Part shown: one piece after another, positions 12,103 to 25,134 of the stretch
Layout: each line of letters opens with the position of its first letter
Position numbering within the stretch: position 1 is the first letter of the stretch
Source: Azolla caroliniana
Taxonomy: Eukaryota > Plantae > Polypodiophyta
DNA length: 64,000 bases
NCBI GenBank assembly: GCA_043228905.1
Contig: JBHGNT010000015.1
Coordinates: 6,076,001-6,140,000 of the forward strand
Direction: 5' to 3'
Program-made: the position numbers and the translations under genes
Notes under the pieces: model-generated
Databases searched by the model: none
Told to the model about the DNA's origin: nothing
Seen by the model: only the letters and a program-made list of their open reading frames with translations

Positions 12103-12532
12103 TGTCATAGACACGATGGAATGTAGGGGGTTGAACCCATGACCTCTTGGTCTTATTGGGCAACCTTACCAATTGAGCTACATTCCATCTATGCATTATT
12201 GTATTGTATAAGTTTCAACTTATTACATTGTAAGTTAATCACTAGAACTTTCAAGAAACTTCTAGAGAATGCATAGACATGCATTCTCTAGATGTTTCCT
12301 AGCTTACATGCATACCACCACATTCTTGTATAAATACTTCGGTGCACCTTGATTACAATCAAGGTGAACAACACCAGTTACGAAAGCATAATTTAGTTCT
12401 CGCTCTTTTGTCTACCCTCTCTCTCTCTCTTGTTCTCTTGTCTATGCTCCTCTCAATCTATATATCTATGTTTCTCTCTTTCTTAATATTGAGCTCGCCT
12501 ACTTGTCCTTGCCCTCATCTACGTCCGTGACA
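12103..12532 (+). repeat. 3' LTR of Tcn1-like element
   Basis: TGTCATAG...CCGTGACA after the PPT; TATAAA near 12328; homologous to 36194-36565 and 39512-39885. Confidence 0.92.
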
Positions 12533-15500
12533 AAGGCCCGGATCGGAAGGGAACGTCGGCGATTGCGACAAGTGAAGAAGAACTGATGCTCATTACCGAA
12601 GAGAGTGAGTTGAACCTTGTCGGTGATGACACAACGTGGGTTGTCAATTCCGAAGCATCGTTCCACCTTACCCCGGACCGAAAATGTTTCTCATGCTACA
12701 CAATCGGTGAGCATGGTTGTGTCTGGATGGGGAAAGAAGGTACATGCCAAATTGTCGGCATAGGAGACGTGTGGTTGACACCAACCGGATGTAAGTTGTT
12801 GCTGAAGGATGTCTGACACGTTCCGGAGGTTTAACTGAACCTAATATCAGTTGGTCGGCTAGATGATGATGGCTACATAGGTAGCATCCGGAACTGTGTT
12901 ATGAAATTCAACAAGGGAAGCTTGATAGTGTCTCAAGCCCGGAAGATCAACACATTGTACTTGATGAATGCCCGGATATTCCGGGAAGAAGTGAACATAG
13001 CATCCGACACTACCGGTGAGCTGTGGCACAAAAGACTGTGTCACATGAGTGAGAAGACGATGAAGAGGCTTGCCGAAGACAACCTCATTCCGGTGAAGGA
13101 AGTGCAGCTTGAGAAGTGCACCGATTGCTTGGCCGGCAAGATAAACCGAACCTCCTTCCGATCAAAACCACCGATGAGACGGAATGCACCACTAGAGCTG
13201 GTGCATACCGATGTGTGTCAAGTGGACATGAAGTCACATGCCACATCGTAGTACTTCGTGACGTTCATAGACGACCACAGCCGGAAGTTGTGGGTCTCAC
13301 CGTTGAAGACAAAGGAACAGGTGTTATCCATCTTCAAGGAGCTCCACGTGAGAGTGGAAGGAGAAACCGACCGGAAGTTGAAGGTGGTTCGAGCAGATAA
13401 TGGAGGAGAATACCGGGAGCAGTTCGAGGAGTCCTGCCAGTCGAAGGGAATCCGGCTCGAGTTTACTATGCCAAAGACGCCGAAATAAAACGGAATGGCC
13501 GAAAGGATGAACCAGACCATAATGGAGAGAGTCTGGACCATGCTGTCACATGCAAAGTTACCCAAGACGTTTTGGGCTGAGGCGCTAACGACGGCGACCT
13601 ATGTGATAAACAGATCACCCTTAGTACCCATGGGAGGAGACTCACCTCAGAAAGTATGAACCGGTAAAGATGTGTCTTACCGGTATCTGAAGGTGTTCGG
13701 ATGTCTCGCATACGTGCATGTGGTGAAGGACAAGAGAGAAAAGCCGGATCTGAAATCCAAGCCATGCATATTCCTTGGATACGGCGATGATGAGTTCGGT
13801 TACCGGGTGTGGGATCTGCTCGACAAGAAGGTGTTCCGGAGTCGGGACATAGTCTTCATGGAAGACAGGACCATTGCCAACTGGGAGTCAGAGAAGAAGA
13901 TGATCAACTCCGGATCATCCAATGAAAACCAGTTTGAGGACACAAGGACCTACCCGGTTGAAAGCCAGATATTAGTCAGTAACCGGATGACACTTGATGA
14001 ACCGGCCGGATATGGACAAGAAACCAAACTGACCGAAGAAGAAGAAGAAGACACCGGAACCGCATAAGATCCCGAAACGGATTCGGATGCGGGACAAACG
14101 GAGGAACCAGCAATCAGAAACCATTGACGGAGATATCCTCTCCGAGAGAGAAGAGCCCCCCGGAGATTTCTGGATGCAGAGCATGCGTTGCTAACCGATG
14201 AGGGGGAGCCGGAAAGCTTCGAAGAAACAAAGAGAGATACCCACAGCCGCAAGTGGTTGAGTGCCATGCAAGATGAAATGGATTCTCTACATGAGAACCA
14301 CACGTATGAACTGACGAAGTTGCCGAAAGGAAAGAGGGCACTCTGAAACAAGTGGGTGTACAAGCTGAAATCGGGAGATGTCAAAAATCCACCAAGGTAT
14401 AAGGCCCAAATCGTGGTGAAGGGCTTCCAGCAAAAGAAAGGAGTGGACTTCGATGAGATCTTTGCCCTGGTAGTAAAGATGACATCCATCCGGACGGTAT
14501 TGGGCATAGTGGCAAGCAACGACCTCGAGGTAGAGCAGTTGGATGTGAAGATGGCATTCCTCCATGGTGATATCGAAGAGGAGATCTACATGCATCAACC
14601 GGAAGGATTCGTGAAGAAAGGGAAGGAGCACCTGGTATGCCGGCTAAAGAAGAGCCTATACAGACTGAAGCAAGCCCCCTAGCAATGGTACTGGAAGTTC
14701 GACTCTTTCATGACCGACCAAGGGTACCACAAGACGCATGTCGATCACTGCGTGTTTGTGAAGAAATTTGACAGAGGATATTTCTTGATACTCCTATATG
14801 TAGATGATATGCTAATCGTCGGACAAGACCAAGTCAAGATTCGGATGCTGAAGAAGGCTCTGAACCGGACCTTCTCAATGAAAGACTTGGGGCCGGCAAG
14901 ACAGATATTGGGAATGCACATCATCCGAGACCGGTCGAAGAAGGTGTTGTGGTTGTCACAAGAGAGGTATGTGACAAAGGTGCTTCAGTGGTTGAATATG
15001 TCGGATGCAAAACCGGTCGGATCGACACTTCCGGCAAACTGCAAGCTATCCGGAAAGCAGAGCCCGAGGACAAAGTCAGAGAAGGCGGATATGATGAAGA
15101 TACCATATGCCTCTGCCGTCGGGAGCTTGATGTACGGAATGGTGTGTACTTGGCCGGATATCGGATATGCAGTCGGAGTGGTGAGCCGGTTCATGAGCAA
15201 TCTCGGAAGAGAGTATTGGAACGCGGTCAAGTGGATACTCCGGTATTTGAAAGGCACCTCGAGCATGTGCCTCCGATTCGGCTCCGGTAAACCCCAACTC
15301 AACGGATTCACGGATTCAGACATGTCGGCTGATGTGGATACCAGTCGGTTCACATCCAGTTATGTCATGACTTATGCAAGGGGAGTTGTTTCGTGGAAGT
15401 TGAGGCTGCAGAAGACAGTTGCGTTGTCAACCACGGAAGTGGAGTACATGGCAGTTGTGGAAACCGGCAAGGAAATAATCTGGATGAAGGACTTCATCGG

Positions 15501-16286
15501 TGAGCTAGGGATCCGACAAGAGGAATATCGGCTCTATTGTGACAGTCTAAGTGTCATCCACCTTGCAAAGAACGCGGCCTACCATTCCCGGACGAAGCAT
15601 ACCCAACGGAAGTACCACTGGATCGGGGAAAGAGTAGAAGATCAAGAGTTCGTGCTGACAAAAATCCACATAGAGGAGAACGGGTCGGACATGCTGACCA
15701 AAGTGATGACACCCGACAAGCTGGACGCATGCCGGAGGCGGATCGGGCTGACGAAACATCCCATGTCGGAGTGAATGGGGAGATTGTTGGGATTTCGGCC
15801 CCTCCAGATGGGATCTTGAGAACCGGATGTAGAAGACCCGATGAGAATCGGATGATGAGGACCCAGTGAGAACTGGATGTAGAAGACATATTTGTAAATA
15901 TGTTTTATAGTAAGACCATGGAGGCTATATTTGTAAATAGTCCTAAAGGCATATTAGTATAAATATGGCCTAGGGCAAACACTTATTAGAGTTGTTGTTG
16001 TCATATTGTTGTATAGAGAGAGAGTGAGATATAGAGAAATACTTTGTTGTAACTGTTGGTTGGCGAAGAAACAAAGCTCGAGGTTGTTGTCTCTGAGTCT
16101 CTGATTGTATCCCCTTCTCTCCATAGTGATAGTTCGGAGTCTATGGGCTCCCATGGTTTTTTCCATTTAGGGTTTTCCACGAAAACGTCTTGTTCACTCT
16201 TGAGTTCCCATTTCTATGTTCTCCATCCTCATTTTCTGTCATTCTAGACTCGGTTGTGGCCAAGTAACATTCCGCGATTCTCATCA
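12533..16286 (+). mobile_element. Ty1/Copia element, family A (Tnt1/Tork-like), copy 1; 5' part outside window
   Basis: Protease (WVVNSEASFH), GAG-pre-integrase (LWHKRLCHMSE), integrase, RT (LDVKMAFLHG, YVDDML) and RNase H to 15774. PPT gaatggggag; 3' LTR 15785 to about 16286. Many stops. Confidence 0.92.
15785..16286 (+). repeat. 3' LTR of Copia A copy 1
   Basis: Starts TGTTGGG after the PPT; homologous to 44383-44914 and 47937-48596. Right end approximate. Confidence 0.85.
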
Positions 16287-18072
16287 TTATAAACCATCTA
16301 ATCGAACTATTCTCAAACCTAAATGAGTGCATTTTAGATTTGTTTTTTGGGACAGGTATATAACTGTTTCAGTCTTTATTTTAAATGAACATATAATCTT
16401 GTATTTAGTTTGTGTAACAGGGTTTTATGTAATTCTACTATCAGGTACGACTACAGCATGTGCATTAAAGATGTTCCAGAACTGTGTGACGTTGGAGAAG
16501 GACCCTAAGCATGTAAACTTCATCAAAATGATAATCCAAGGTATTTGGAATTGTCCCGATCAAGACCAAGAAGTCCGGGCAAAGCACATAAACCAAACAG
16601 AGATGTTCCAAATGACATCTCGAGAACCTATGGAGCCTATAGACCTACTTTTAGATTATAATGTTAAACTTAGAAACCAAAACTTGTTTAATACTTGTAG
16701 AGTATTCATTGCACAACTTTCAATTTGATGTAATATATTATTTGAGATTTTGTTGTATGCCTTGTTCAACTTAACGCATTGACGGTGCTAATAAATCAAG
16801 TTGTGACGAAGAAACTATGTCATGGTTCTGGCGATAAAAGTCTCGTAAACCCATACTAGAAACCGCAAAGACTTATAAACCGTCTAATCGAACTATTCTC
16901 AAACCTAGATGAGTTCGTTTTAGATTTGTTTTTTGGGACAGGTATATAGTTTCCGTCTTTATTTTAAATGAACATATAATCTTGTATTTAGTTTCTGTAA
17001 CAGGGTTTCATGTAATTCTACTATCAGGTACGACTACAGCATGTGCATTAAAGATGTTCCAGAAATGTGTGACATTCGAGAAGGACCCTAAGCAAGTAAA
17101 CTTCATCAAAATGATAATCCAAGGTATTTGGAATTGTCCCGATCAAAACCAAGAAGTTGGGGCAAAGCACATCAACCAAACAGAGATGTTCCAAATGACA
17201 TCTCGAGAACCTATGGAGCCTATAGACCTACTTTTAAATTATAATGTTAAACTTAGAAACTAAAACTTGTTTAACACTTGTATAGTATTCATTGCAAAAC
17301 TTTCAATTTGATGTAATATATGATTTGAGATTTTGTTGTATGCCTTGTTCAACTTAACGCATTGACGGTGCTAATAAATCAAGTTGTGACGAAGAAACTA
17401 CGTCATGGTTCTGGCGATAAAAGTCTCGTAAACCCATACCAGAAACCGCAAAGACTTATAAACCGTCTAATCAAACTATTCTCAAACCTAGATGAGTGCA
17501 TTTTAGATTTGTTTTTTGGGATAGGTATATAGTTTCAGTCATTATTTTAAATGAACATATAATCTTGTATTTAGTTTGTGTAATAGGGTTTTATGTAATT
17601 CTACTATCATGTACGACTACAACATGTGCATTAAAGATGTTCCAGAACTGTGTGACGTTGGAGAAGAACCCTAAGCAAGTAAACTTCATTAAAATGATAA
17701 TCCAAGGTATTTGGGATTGTCCCAATCAAGACCAAGAAGTCGGGGCAAAGCACATCAACCAAACAGAGATGTTCAAAATGACATCTCAAGAACCTATGGA
17801 GCCTATAGACCTGCTTTAAGATTATAATGTTAAATTTAGAAACTAAAACTTGTTTAACTTGAACAGTATTCATTGTATAACTTTCAATTTGACGTAATAC
17901 ATAGTCACGAGTTTTTGTTGTATGTCTCGTTCAACGTATATTTTAGAAATTATCCTTGTATAACTTGTACAGTATTCATTGCACAACTTTCAATTTGATG
18001 TAATATATGATTTGAGATTTTGTTGTATGCCTTGTTCAACTTAATGCATTGACGGTGCTAACAAATCAAGTT
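16287..18072. repeat. Tandem repeat, unit about 585 bp, three copies plus a partial internal duplication
   Basis: Units start TTATAAACC at 16287, 16873 and 17456 (periods 586 and 583). About 17960-18072 repeats the distal part of the unit. Confidence 0.93.
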
Positions 18073-18649
18073 TCATTTGAAAGTTTCCGTCAACATAGTA
18101 AAAATTGTTAATTATAACCTCCAGATCTTCCTTTAATATGTATTGCATGTAACTACGTAAAAAAATAACAGAAAAGAATCATTCTGGAGGGTTTGACATT
18201 TATCTTATACACAAATTCCTCATTGATTTAGTACTCATTCATTTAAACGTAATATTGGAATGTTAATATATACTGATTTCATTCAACATTTACGGTGTCA
18301 CGTGCATGTGTCTTTGGAATATTTCTCTTCCACACAATAGGAACTCTTACATGCAATCTCCTCAACTTCCTTAAAGATAAATTATATGTAAATATAAATA
18401 AAAGATTAGTAGAAGACCATTATTAGAGGGGGTATGATTTATGTATTCTGCACAATGATATACATTTCAATTGTTCTTGTTTGAACTTTATACCTTATAT
18501 AATATTTGAGTAAATAATATTACCTATAATTTTTCGGTCTATTTATTTATTTTCGTCATTTTATTTACTTCTAAATTTTGGTAAGTTTTTGGAAAGCATG
18601 TGCGCATGCATTGTGTCTATTAGTGTCGGATGCTAAAATATGGCATTTT

Positions 18650-19451
18650 TTAACATCTCCCCAAGATATGAAAAAGAGAATGTGACATATTACCTATTTT
18701 TAATGACCCAGTGTTTATGCGTTTTTTGGATCTTTTTGCTTGCTTCCCATGCGATTCTAGGAAGTCGATGTGAGGGACTTTTTTGAACCTTAAGCATGTA
18801 TTCAACAACACTTTCTATGGCCACGATCTCAATGGGAAGTGATCCCGTCTCAAGGAGGAGGAGGATTTATGGCATTTGTTTCTTAACTTGTAGAAACTTT
18901 GTAAGAAAATGTTTTTGGGCATTTTCAAACTCTTTCCAAGTAGATTTAGGGATGCTACCACCCCATACTTCCACCCCATAGAGAAGCACTAGTGTCACCA
19001 AAGTGTCGAAAAGGTATTTCTTGAGGACCCAACACTTAATATATCCACGATTGCATGTGTTCTCAAATGCATAATATGCTTGCTTTCCCACCTCAAAGCA
19101 ATGAGTAGCACATTCATTCCATCTATGATTTGAAGGAACCTCAACGCCAAGATATTTGATGTCTTCCACACATTCAAGTGACTCATTATTGTACATAATG
19201 CATGGCTTATCTTTTGTTGGGCTCTTCTCAAGCATAATCTTTGTTTTAGAGCTATTGACACTTAATTTAGTATGCATGCAAAAGTTTTCCAATGCCTTCA
19301 TTGGCTTTTGCACGTCTTCTAAAGTATTTGCAAAAAGCTCTACATCATCCGCATATAGCAAAAGCATAAGGACAACATTCCCAATTGCAACTTCTTCAAC
19401 ACCTCATTCCTTTACAAACTTGGCAACCATTTCTTCCAATTCATCAATGCA
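18650..19451 (-). mobile_element. RTE-clade LINE fragment (RT C-terminal half)
   Basis: LLLYADDVELF..KLSVNSSKTKIM..KYLGV..LLYGVEVWG in ORF 18867-19367. Confidence 0.85.
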
Positions 19452-19481
19452 TAGGGTTTAGGGTTTAAGGTTTAGGGTTTA
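19452..19481 (+). repeat. Interstitial plant telomeric repeat, about 4 TTTAGGG units
   Basis: tagggtttagggtttaaggtttagggttta. Confidence 0.85.
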
Positions 19482-19559
19482 ACTCTGAAGATGTAACTCA
19501 CATTACAAGTGAGCTTTAAAATGGACAATGCCAAGTACTTGTCATTGTATCATGACTAT

Positions 19560-21250
19560 CATATATTAAGCTATTAAACAAAGTTTGCCGAATGATTGGC
19601 TCATGAATTGGATTAAGCCAATTATTAAAGCAGGAGATAAGAATCATGTATCAAATTATCGTACAATCATGGTGAGCTCAACTATTATTAGATTGTATAA
19701 CATTATCATGGAGCAAAAGGTAAGAAGTGCATGGGATGAAAGTCAAAAACAAATGAGTGTTTGTACAAGCAAGTTTTAGACCAAAACACTCCATATTAGA
19801 TCATCTGGTTACGTTAAGAGTAATTATTGAAGAAAGTTGACGATAAGGAAATACGCTCTATCGTTGCTCTATTGTTTTTAGGAAAGCATTTGTTACAATA
19901 CCACGAGATGAGCAAGTCAGATGCCAACTAAAAACTGAGAATGGTTTCTCAAAATGCTTTTTAAGTAAGATGGGAGTTAAGCAAGGATGTCCATTATCAC
20001 ATACGCTCTTTGGTTGATGCATTGATCAATTGGAAGAAGTGGTGAATAGGGTTGCAAGAGAAAGATTAGATGCCCCAAAACTTATGCAACAAGTTATCTA
20101 ATAGCTTTATATGTGGATGAAGTGGTTATCTTTTCAGATGTTGTTGATTGTATGCAACGTTTACTTGGAGCATTAGAAGCATATTGCCAAAGTAGTGAAC
20201 TAATTATAAATGTCAATAAAACAAAAATGATGGTAGTGTGAACCATCCAACCTCACTGACACCCTATGCTTGCATGTAATGTAGAACATGTACAATTTGT
20301 ACAAAGCTTTAAGTATCTTGGTATCAATGTACCTACCACAAATAAATGGAGCATCTGCTTTGAGTCTAGACTTCAAGCTAGTTGGAAAAGTAATTATATG
20401 ATGGAAAATAAATGCAACCAGAGTGATATTAATGGATGGGAAGTGAAACTAATGTTTTGATGTTGTGGCAACACGAGTTTTTCTTAATGGCGTAGAAATG
20501 TGGGCAGGAACTATCTCTCTTCATGCTTGGAATGAGATTGAGAAGATTCAAGAGATGTTTTTAAGGACACAATTGGCAGTTAAATCGACCACCTCCTATC
20601 AAGTTATGCTCTTGGAAACATGTGTTCAACCTATAGAGATGTTGGTGCTACAAAGAGTTTATAGATACATTACAAAAGCTAAGAACATACCAAATCATAG
20701 ATTACCACATCGTGTTTGGAATGTTGGATGTAAACTACAAAAGAATCACAAGAGCAAAAAGAATTCATCTAGTTGCGTAGTTGATATCAAAAAATGGTTT
20801 AAAAGATGGGATGTGGAAGATCTCCTAGAGCTTTCATGAAGATTAATGGAACCACTAAGGAAGAATTGGAATGATGCTAAACAGACAAAATCAGAATATT
20901 ACATTGCAAACCTTAATCTTGAATGTTGGGTTCTATATAAGGCAAGAAAGCCAATTTATCATATTCAACCTTACCTCATTACTAACATGAGTATTAATTC
21001 TTGTACAACCATAACAATCCTTAGCACTCAGTCACACAACCTAAGTATTGAAGTTGCATTATGACATCAAAATTAGACGAATGTAAAGGCATGTAAGGTA
21101 TGCAAGGAAGGCTAGTAGAGGATGAGTATCACTTGCTTTTTACATGCTCTGCATATAGTGCAGTTCGTGAAAGTTATGATCATGTATTAAAAGGGGTTGA
21201 ATTCCCGAATGCAAAACGAATACTACCTAGGAAAGAATTGTTATTTGTTC
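19560..21250 (+). mobile_element. RTE-clade LINE relic (RT plus C-terminal Zn motif)
   Basis: WIKPIIKAGDKNHVSNYRTIM, GVKQGCPLS, FKYLGI and EDEYHLLFTC; heavily decayed. Confidence 0.85.
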
Positions 21251-21299
21251 CGATAAAGAAAATTGCCATATTAATACTCCCTTCAACTTTTGTAGATAT

Positions 21300-23260
21300 G
21301 CTTTGACTCCATCCATGCCTACCATCAAATACAAAAGCATTGTGCATATCCTAATTATGAAGTATTCCTCAATCCTCAATACCTCAAAAATAGGAAAATG
21401 ATCTCCATCTCTGATTTTGGGTCAACTTATGTGAATTGTACAAACACCCACTATCTTGGCGTCAACTAATACATGATAAAACTTGCCAAATTTGAGAAAC
21501 GTAACTCCAAATTTGACAAGCAATCGAATATTGTATGGAACGATGAGTATTATCTTCCATTTGAACGGTGCTTGTTGCTAGTCCATGTTACTTTAGATTT
21601 AATCCCATGCAAACCCCCAATCAAAACTTGCCAAATGAAGACCTTTGCTACAAGTGGCAATTCGTATGCCAATTATGTTTTAAGTTCTGCCACAATCCAT
21701 AATCAAAGTTATGTTCTTTCCATTCTTGTTCAACATTAGATTATAGTCATTGAAGAGACTCAATGAAGCAATTATACAAGAGATTAGTAGTCACTTTTAA
21801 AAACAATGCATGTCCTTGTAAGTAATAATCAACGCATTGTTGCTCTTCTATTTGTAGAGGTAAGGGACCCTACATCAATGTAATATTTTGTAGTTGTTGC
21901 AAGATAAACCCATAATTGGGTAGAATGTGTAATAATTGTCGCGCTTCAACAAACTCCAAAATTCTTTGAGATCAAGCCTCAACTATATCGCCCGCCTCTT
22001 TGAACCCCAAACGAAATAAACAATTAAATTGAGAGTGCAATCTCTCCTTTCATGGCCAACATAATAACCGAGCAAGAAAACACAAGTAACTCTTTTTGCA
22101 AAGAATTGCAATGCTCTCTACTTGATGATGGTTTCCATACACATAACAAGAGTTTTTCCTGCCATGAGGTAACCAAGTGTTGAACACATGAAGAGCTGGA
22201 ATCCTAAGTGAAATACATCCATTTAGTAATTGCCACCATGAAGCCTTAATTGTTGTCCTCCCATGTGTTAAACCCTTGTTCTCAATGAAATATTGAACAA
22301 TAGATATCCATGGTTGTGAGTTTGAACACATGTCTTGTAATAATGAAAATCTACGAATCATCATAAGCATAGATAAGTTCAATATTCTAGCTCCCCCCAA
22401 CCGCTTAGGGGTTGCTAGATGATTCCATGCAACCCATGTGATTCCCATCTTATCCCTCTTCTTCCACAACAAATATCGAAGAGGTTGCAAAACATAATGC
22501 AAAGTCTTCTTTGTCTGGCATGGCAACAATGGCAAGTAATATAATATCATGGGTTCCATATTACATTGTACAACCTTCAAGCGTACATGAAATGGCCAAG
22601 ATTGTGACTTCCAATACATGAACTTAATCCTCAACTTACTAGCCATCCATTCAGTCAATTAACCATTTGTAACATTCATTCCTAATGGATAGTCCAAGAG
22701 TCGAAAAATAGAGTCTTTCTTCACAACGGATCCTTGCCATCGTAAACATTCTAGATCCCTTTCAATACGTTATATGAGACTAGATTTCCTCCAATTAATA
22801 TGTAATGCGAAAGCCAATGTAAATTGGTTCCATACAAGCATTCCCTTCTCAAGATTCTCTCGTGAAACTTGTAGAAACATGAAAGAATCATCAGCCAAAG
22901 CTTGAGCTACTAGTTGCCCTCTAGACAGAAGGTGTAAACCCACAATGTCACCATTTGTTGCAAACCTTGATACCATCACTTACAAGGGATAAGTAACAAT
23001 AGCAAACAATAATGGGCTTGTGCATCCTTGACGAACAGATCTTGAGAGGGCAATATCTTATGTAATTCCCCCATTAAGCATTACTCGAGACACCACATCT
23101 TGTCCTAATAAAAATATGAGACAAGACATACGAGGTCCAAAGCCCATTGTAAGCATTAACCCAAAAACAATGGACCAATTAACATGATCATAAGCTTTCT
23201 CCAAATCTAATTGCACCATAATCAATTCTTAATGAGTGTTTCGACCATAATCCACAATGT
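21300..23260 (-). mobile_element. L1-clade LINE relic (ORF2 RT plus zf-RVT region)
   Basis: QLDLEKAYDHVNW, SVRQGC, QALADDS, KRLGGARI and AKVFIWQVLIGGL on the minus strand. Confidence 0.82.
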
Positions 23261-25134
23261 ATTGTGTTTTTTGCACCCCTTTGGTAGACATTGTAAGTTC
23301 AATATGGTGCACATGTTTCTAGAAGGAAACTATTTAAGTGTCAATGCATCGATTTAATGTTTGGTTCTAGTCTCTAGTTGTGCCCATGCTCTCATTGTGT
23401 GACTCATCAATGACTTCCCAAAGTGATTCCTTGCTTGAGGATTCCTTATTCTAGTGTATCCTTGTACATTTTTGGGATGCTTTACTACAAAGTCCTTCAC
23501 CTTCATAAGGTCATGTGATTCAAGATTTATTATTGACTCTGACTTCCTAGGAAGTGAGTATACCACTACCAAGTTTCATCCCCTTTTTTAAATGCTCTAT
23601 TGAACCAAACTTATTCCCAAGGAAATATCAAGTTACTACTCTGTAAGTCATCTACAATGGCTATTATTATGTCTACATTTGTATGGGATCTTACCTTTGT
23701 CATACTCACTTCCTAGTAACTGTCAAGATTACCAAGGTTCAAAGCCAGGAGATCTACCTTGCATTAAAATTGTGAACCCCCATTATGCACAATCTGAACT
23801 GAAGTCAAAAGATATTGGAATGAGAATATCCTTCAAACTCATTCCTCTGAATATGAAAGCGTCTGAGATAGATTGCTTGTTGCATGAAATAAAATGTAGT
23901 TTTCTCTGAATCGTTGATTTGGATGGGCCATTATACAATGATGAATTCGCCTACCACTGTTCAAGTGCATATGACAGACTGTAACATAAGCATACTATCG
24001 ACGATTTACCAGTTAACTCAGAATTCGAGATGATTGGCACCATCATCAATTACTTATATTTATAACACTAATATTCCACCTTGCTTCCCTGCTATTTTAC
24101 TTGCCTGCACTCCTATACATGTCCACAAGCAACACCATCACATGCATCACCATCTATCTGTTGAAAATCAAAAAGAGGTCGCAGAAAGACTGCGCCACAA
24201 GCTTGGACCTCATCTTCATAGCATTTGCACAATTAATCATGTCTGAATGAATACGGGAGTTAATCGATAAAATCAAAGAATGATGCCTTTGAATGTTTGA
24301 TATTGGAAAAAGATAACAATAATATCCCAATGATTGGAGTTTTAAATTCATTCTTAAGAATAAGATGATATCAACAGTGTCATGCCATGGGCTCCCTGAT
24401 GTGTCGGATCATTTTGAATTGTTACCATCTTTATACAAAGTTACAAATTATTGTAGCTCTATAGAGATTACCAATGGAAACCAATTAGAATCTTAACGGA
24501 ACACATGTACAAAGCCAATAAGAACACATATAGAAAGATAATAAGAGCATGTTAGTCCTTCGAGAGATTTGGAAGACATACATTCCCGGTGACAATTATT
24601 CTAGGAGGTTCTTAATCATATCGTTCTATTAATCTTTAATACATAATCAATACATTGGACAAACATAGACAAAAATTGATAACCCACTGGACATGGCACA
24701 TGTGACATCAGAAGATGACTAGTTGTATGGTCTGGCTTCTGACTCTCCATCTTGCAAAAGAATTATTACCGCTATAGCAACATCTGAAACAACAGGCTTC
24801 TTATGAAGATTTCTATCAGATATTTCAGTGTCAATGCTCTTCTTTATGCAATCTTCGTATGTCATCCTCTGGAATAAACGTCAGTTCACTCCACCCAAAA
24901 AAAGTTGCCACACGAATATTATTCTTTCTAAACAGAGCAGTTTGCAAAAGTACCAAGAAAAAATAGAAAATACACAGAATAAAACCATGAGAAACTTGCA
25001 AAACAATTGATATTTTCCTTTATAACATCTCAATATAATTTCTTCTACACGTTACAAATTGGTTAAGATTGCAACCAATTCTAAATGGATGAGGAAAATT
25101 AGGAGTAAAATGAACTAAAGAGGAGAGGAACCTG

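Larger units (their letters stand above)
1..12532 (+). mobile_element. Ty3/Gypsy chromovirus (Tcn1-like) LTR retrotransposon, 3' part; 5' end outside window; interrupted by the element at 2195-12035
   Basis: RT/RNase H (FLGFANFYRRFI, ETDASD, YDKELAAI), integrase (MDFITDLP, SDRGSQF) and chromodomain (EYEVDQILDSR..YLVLWKGY) in 1-2194. Host sequence resumes at 12041, then PPT aagggaggataa (12091-12102) and 3' LTR 12103-12532. Copia gag sequence resumes at 12533. Confidence 0.93.

Noticed and set aside
12115-12189. Functional tRNA gene
   Set aside because: The D and anticodon stems do not pair and it lies inside an LTR; reported as a tRNA-like module instead.
23340-24010. Possible plus-strand L1 C-terminal relic
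   Set aside because: Too degenerate to support by eye.
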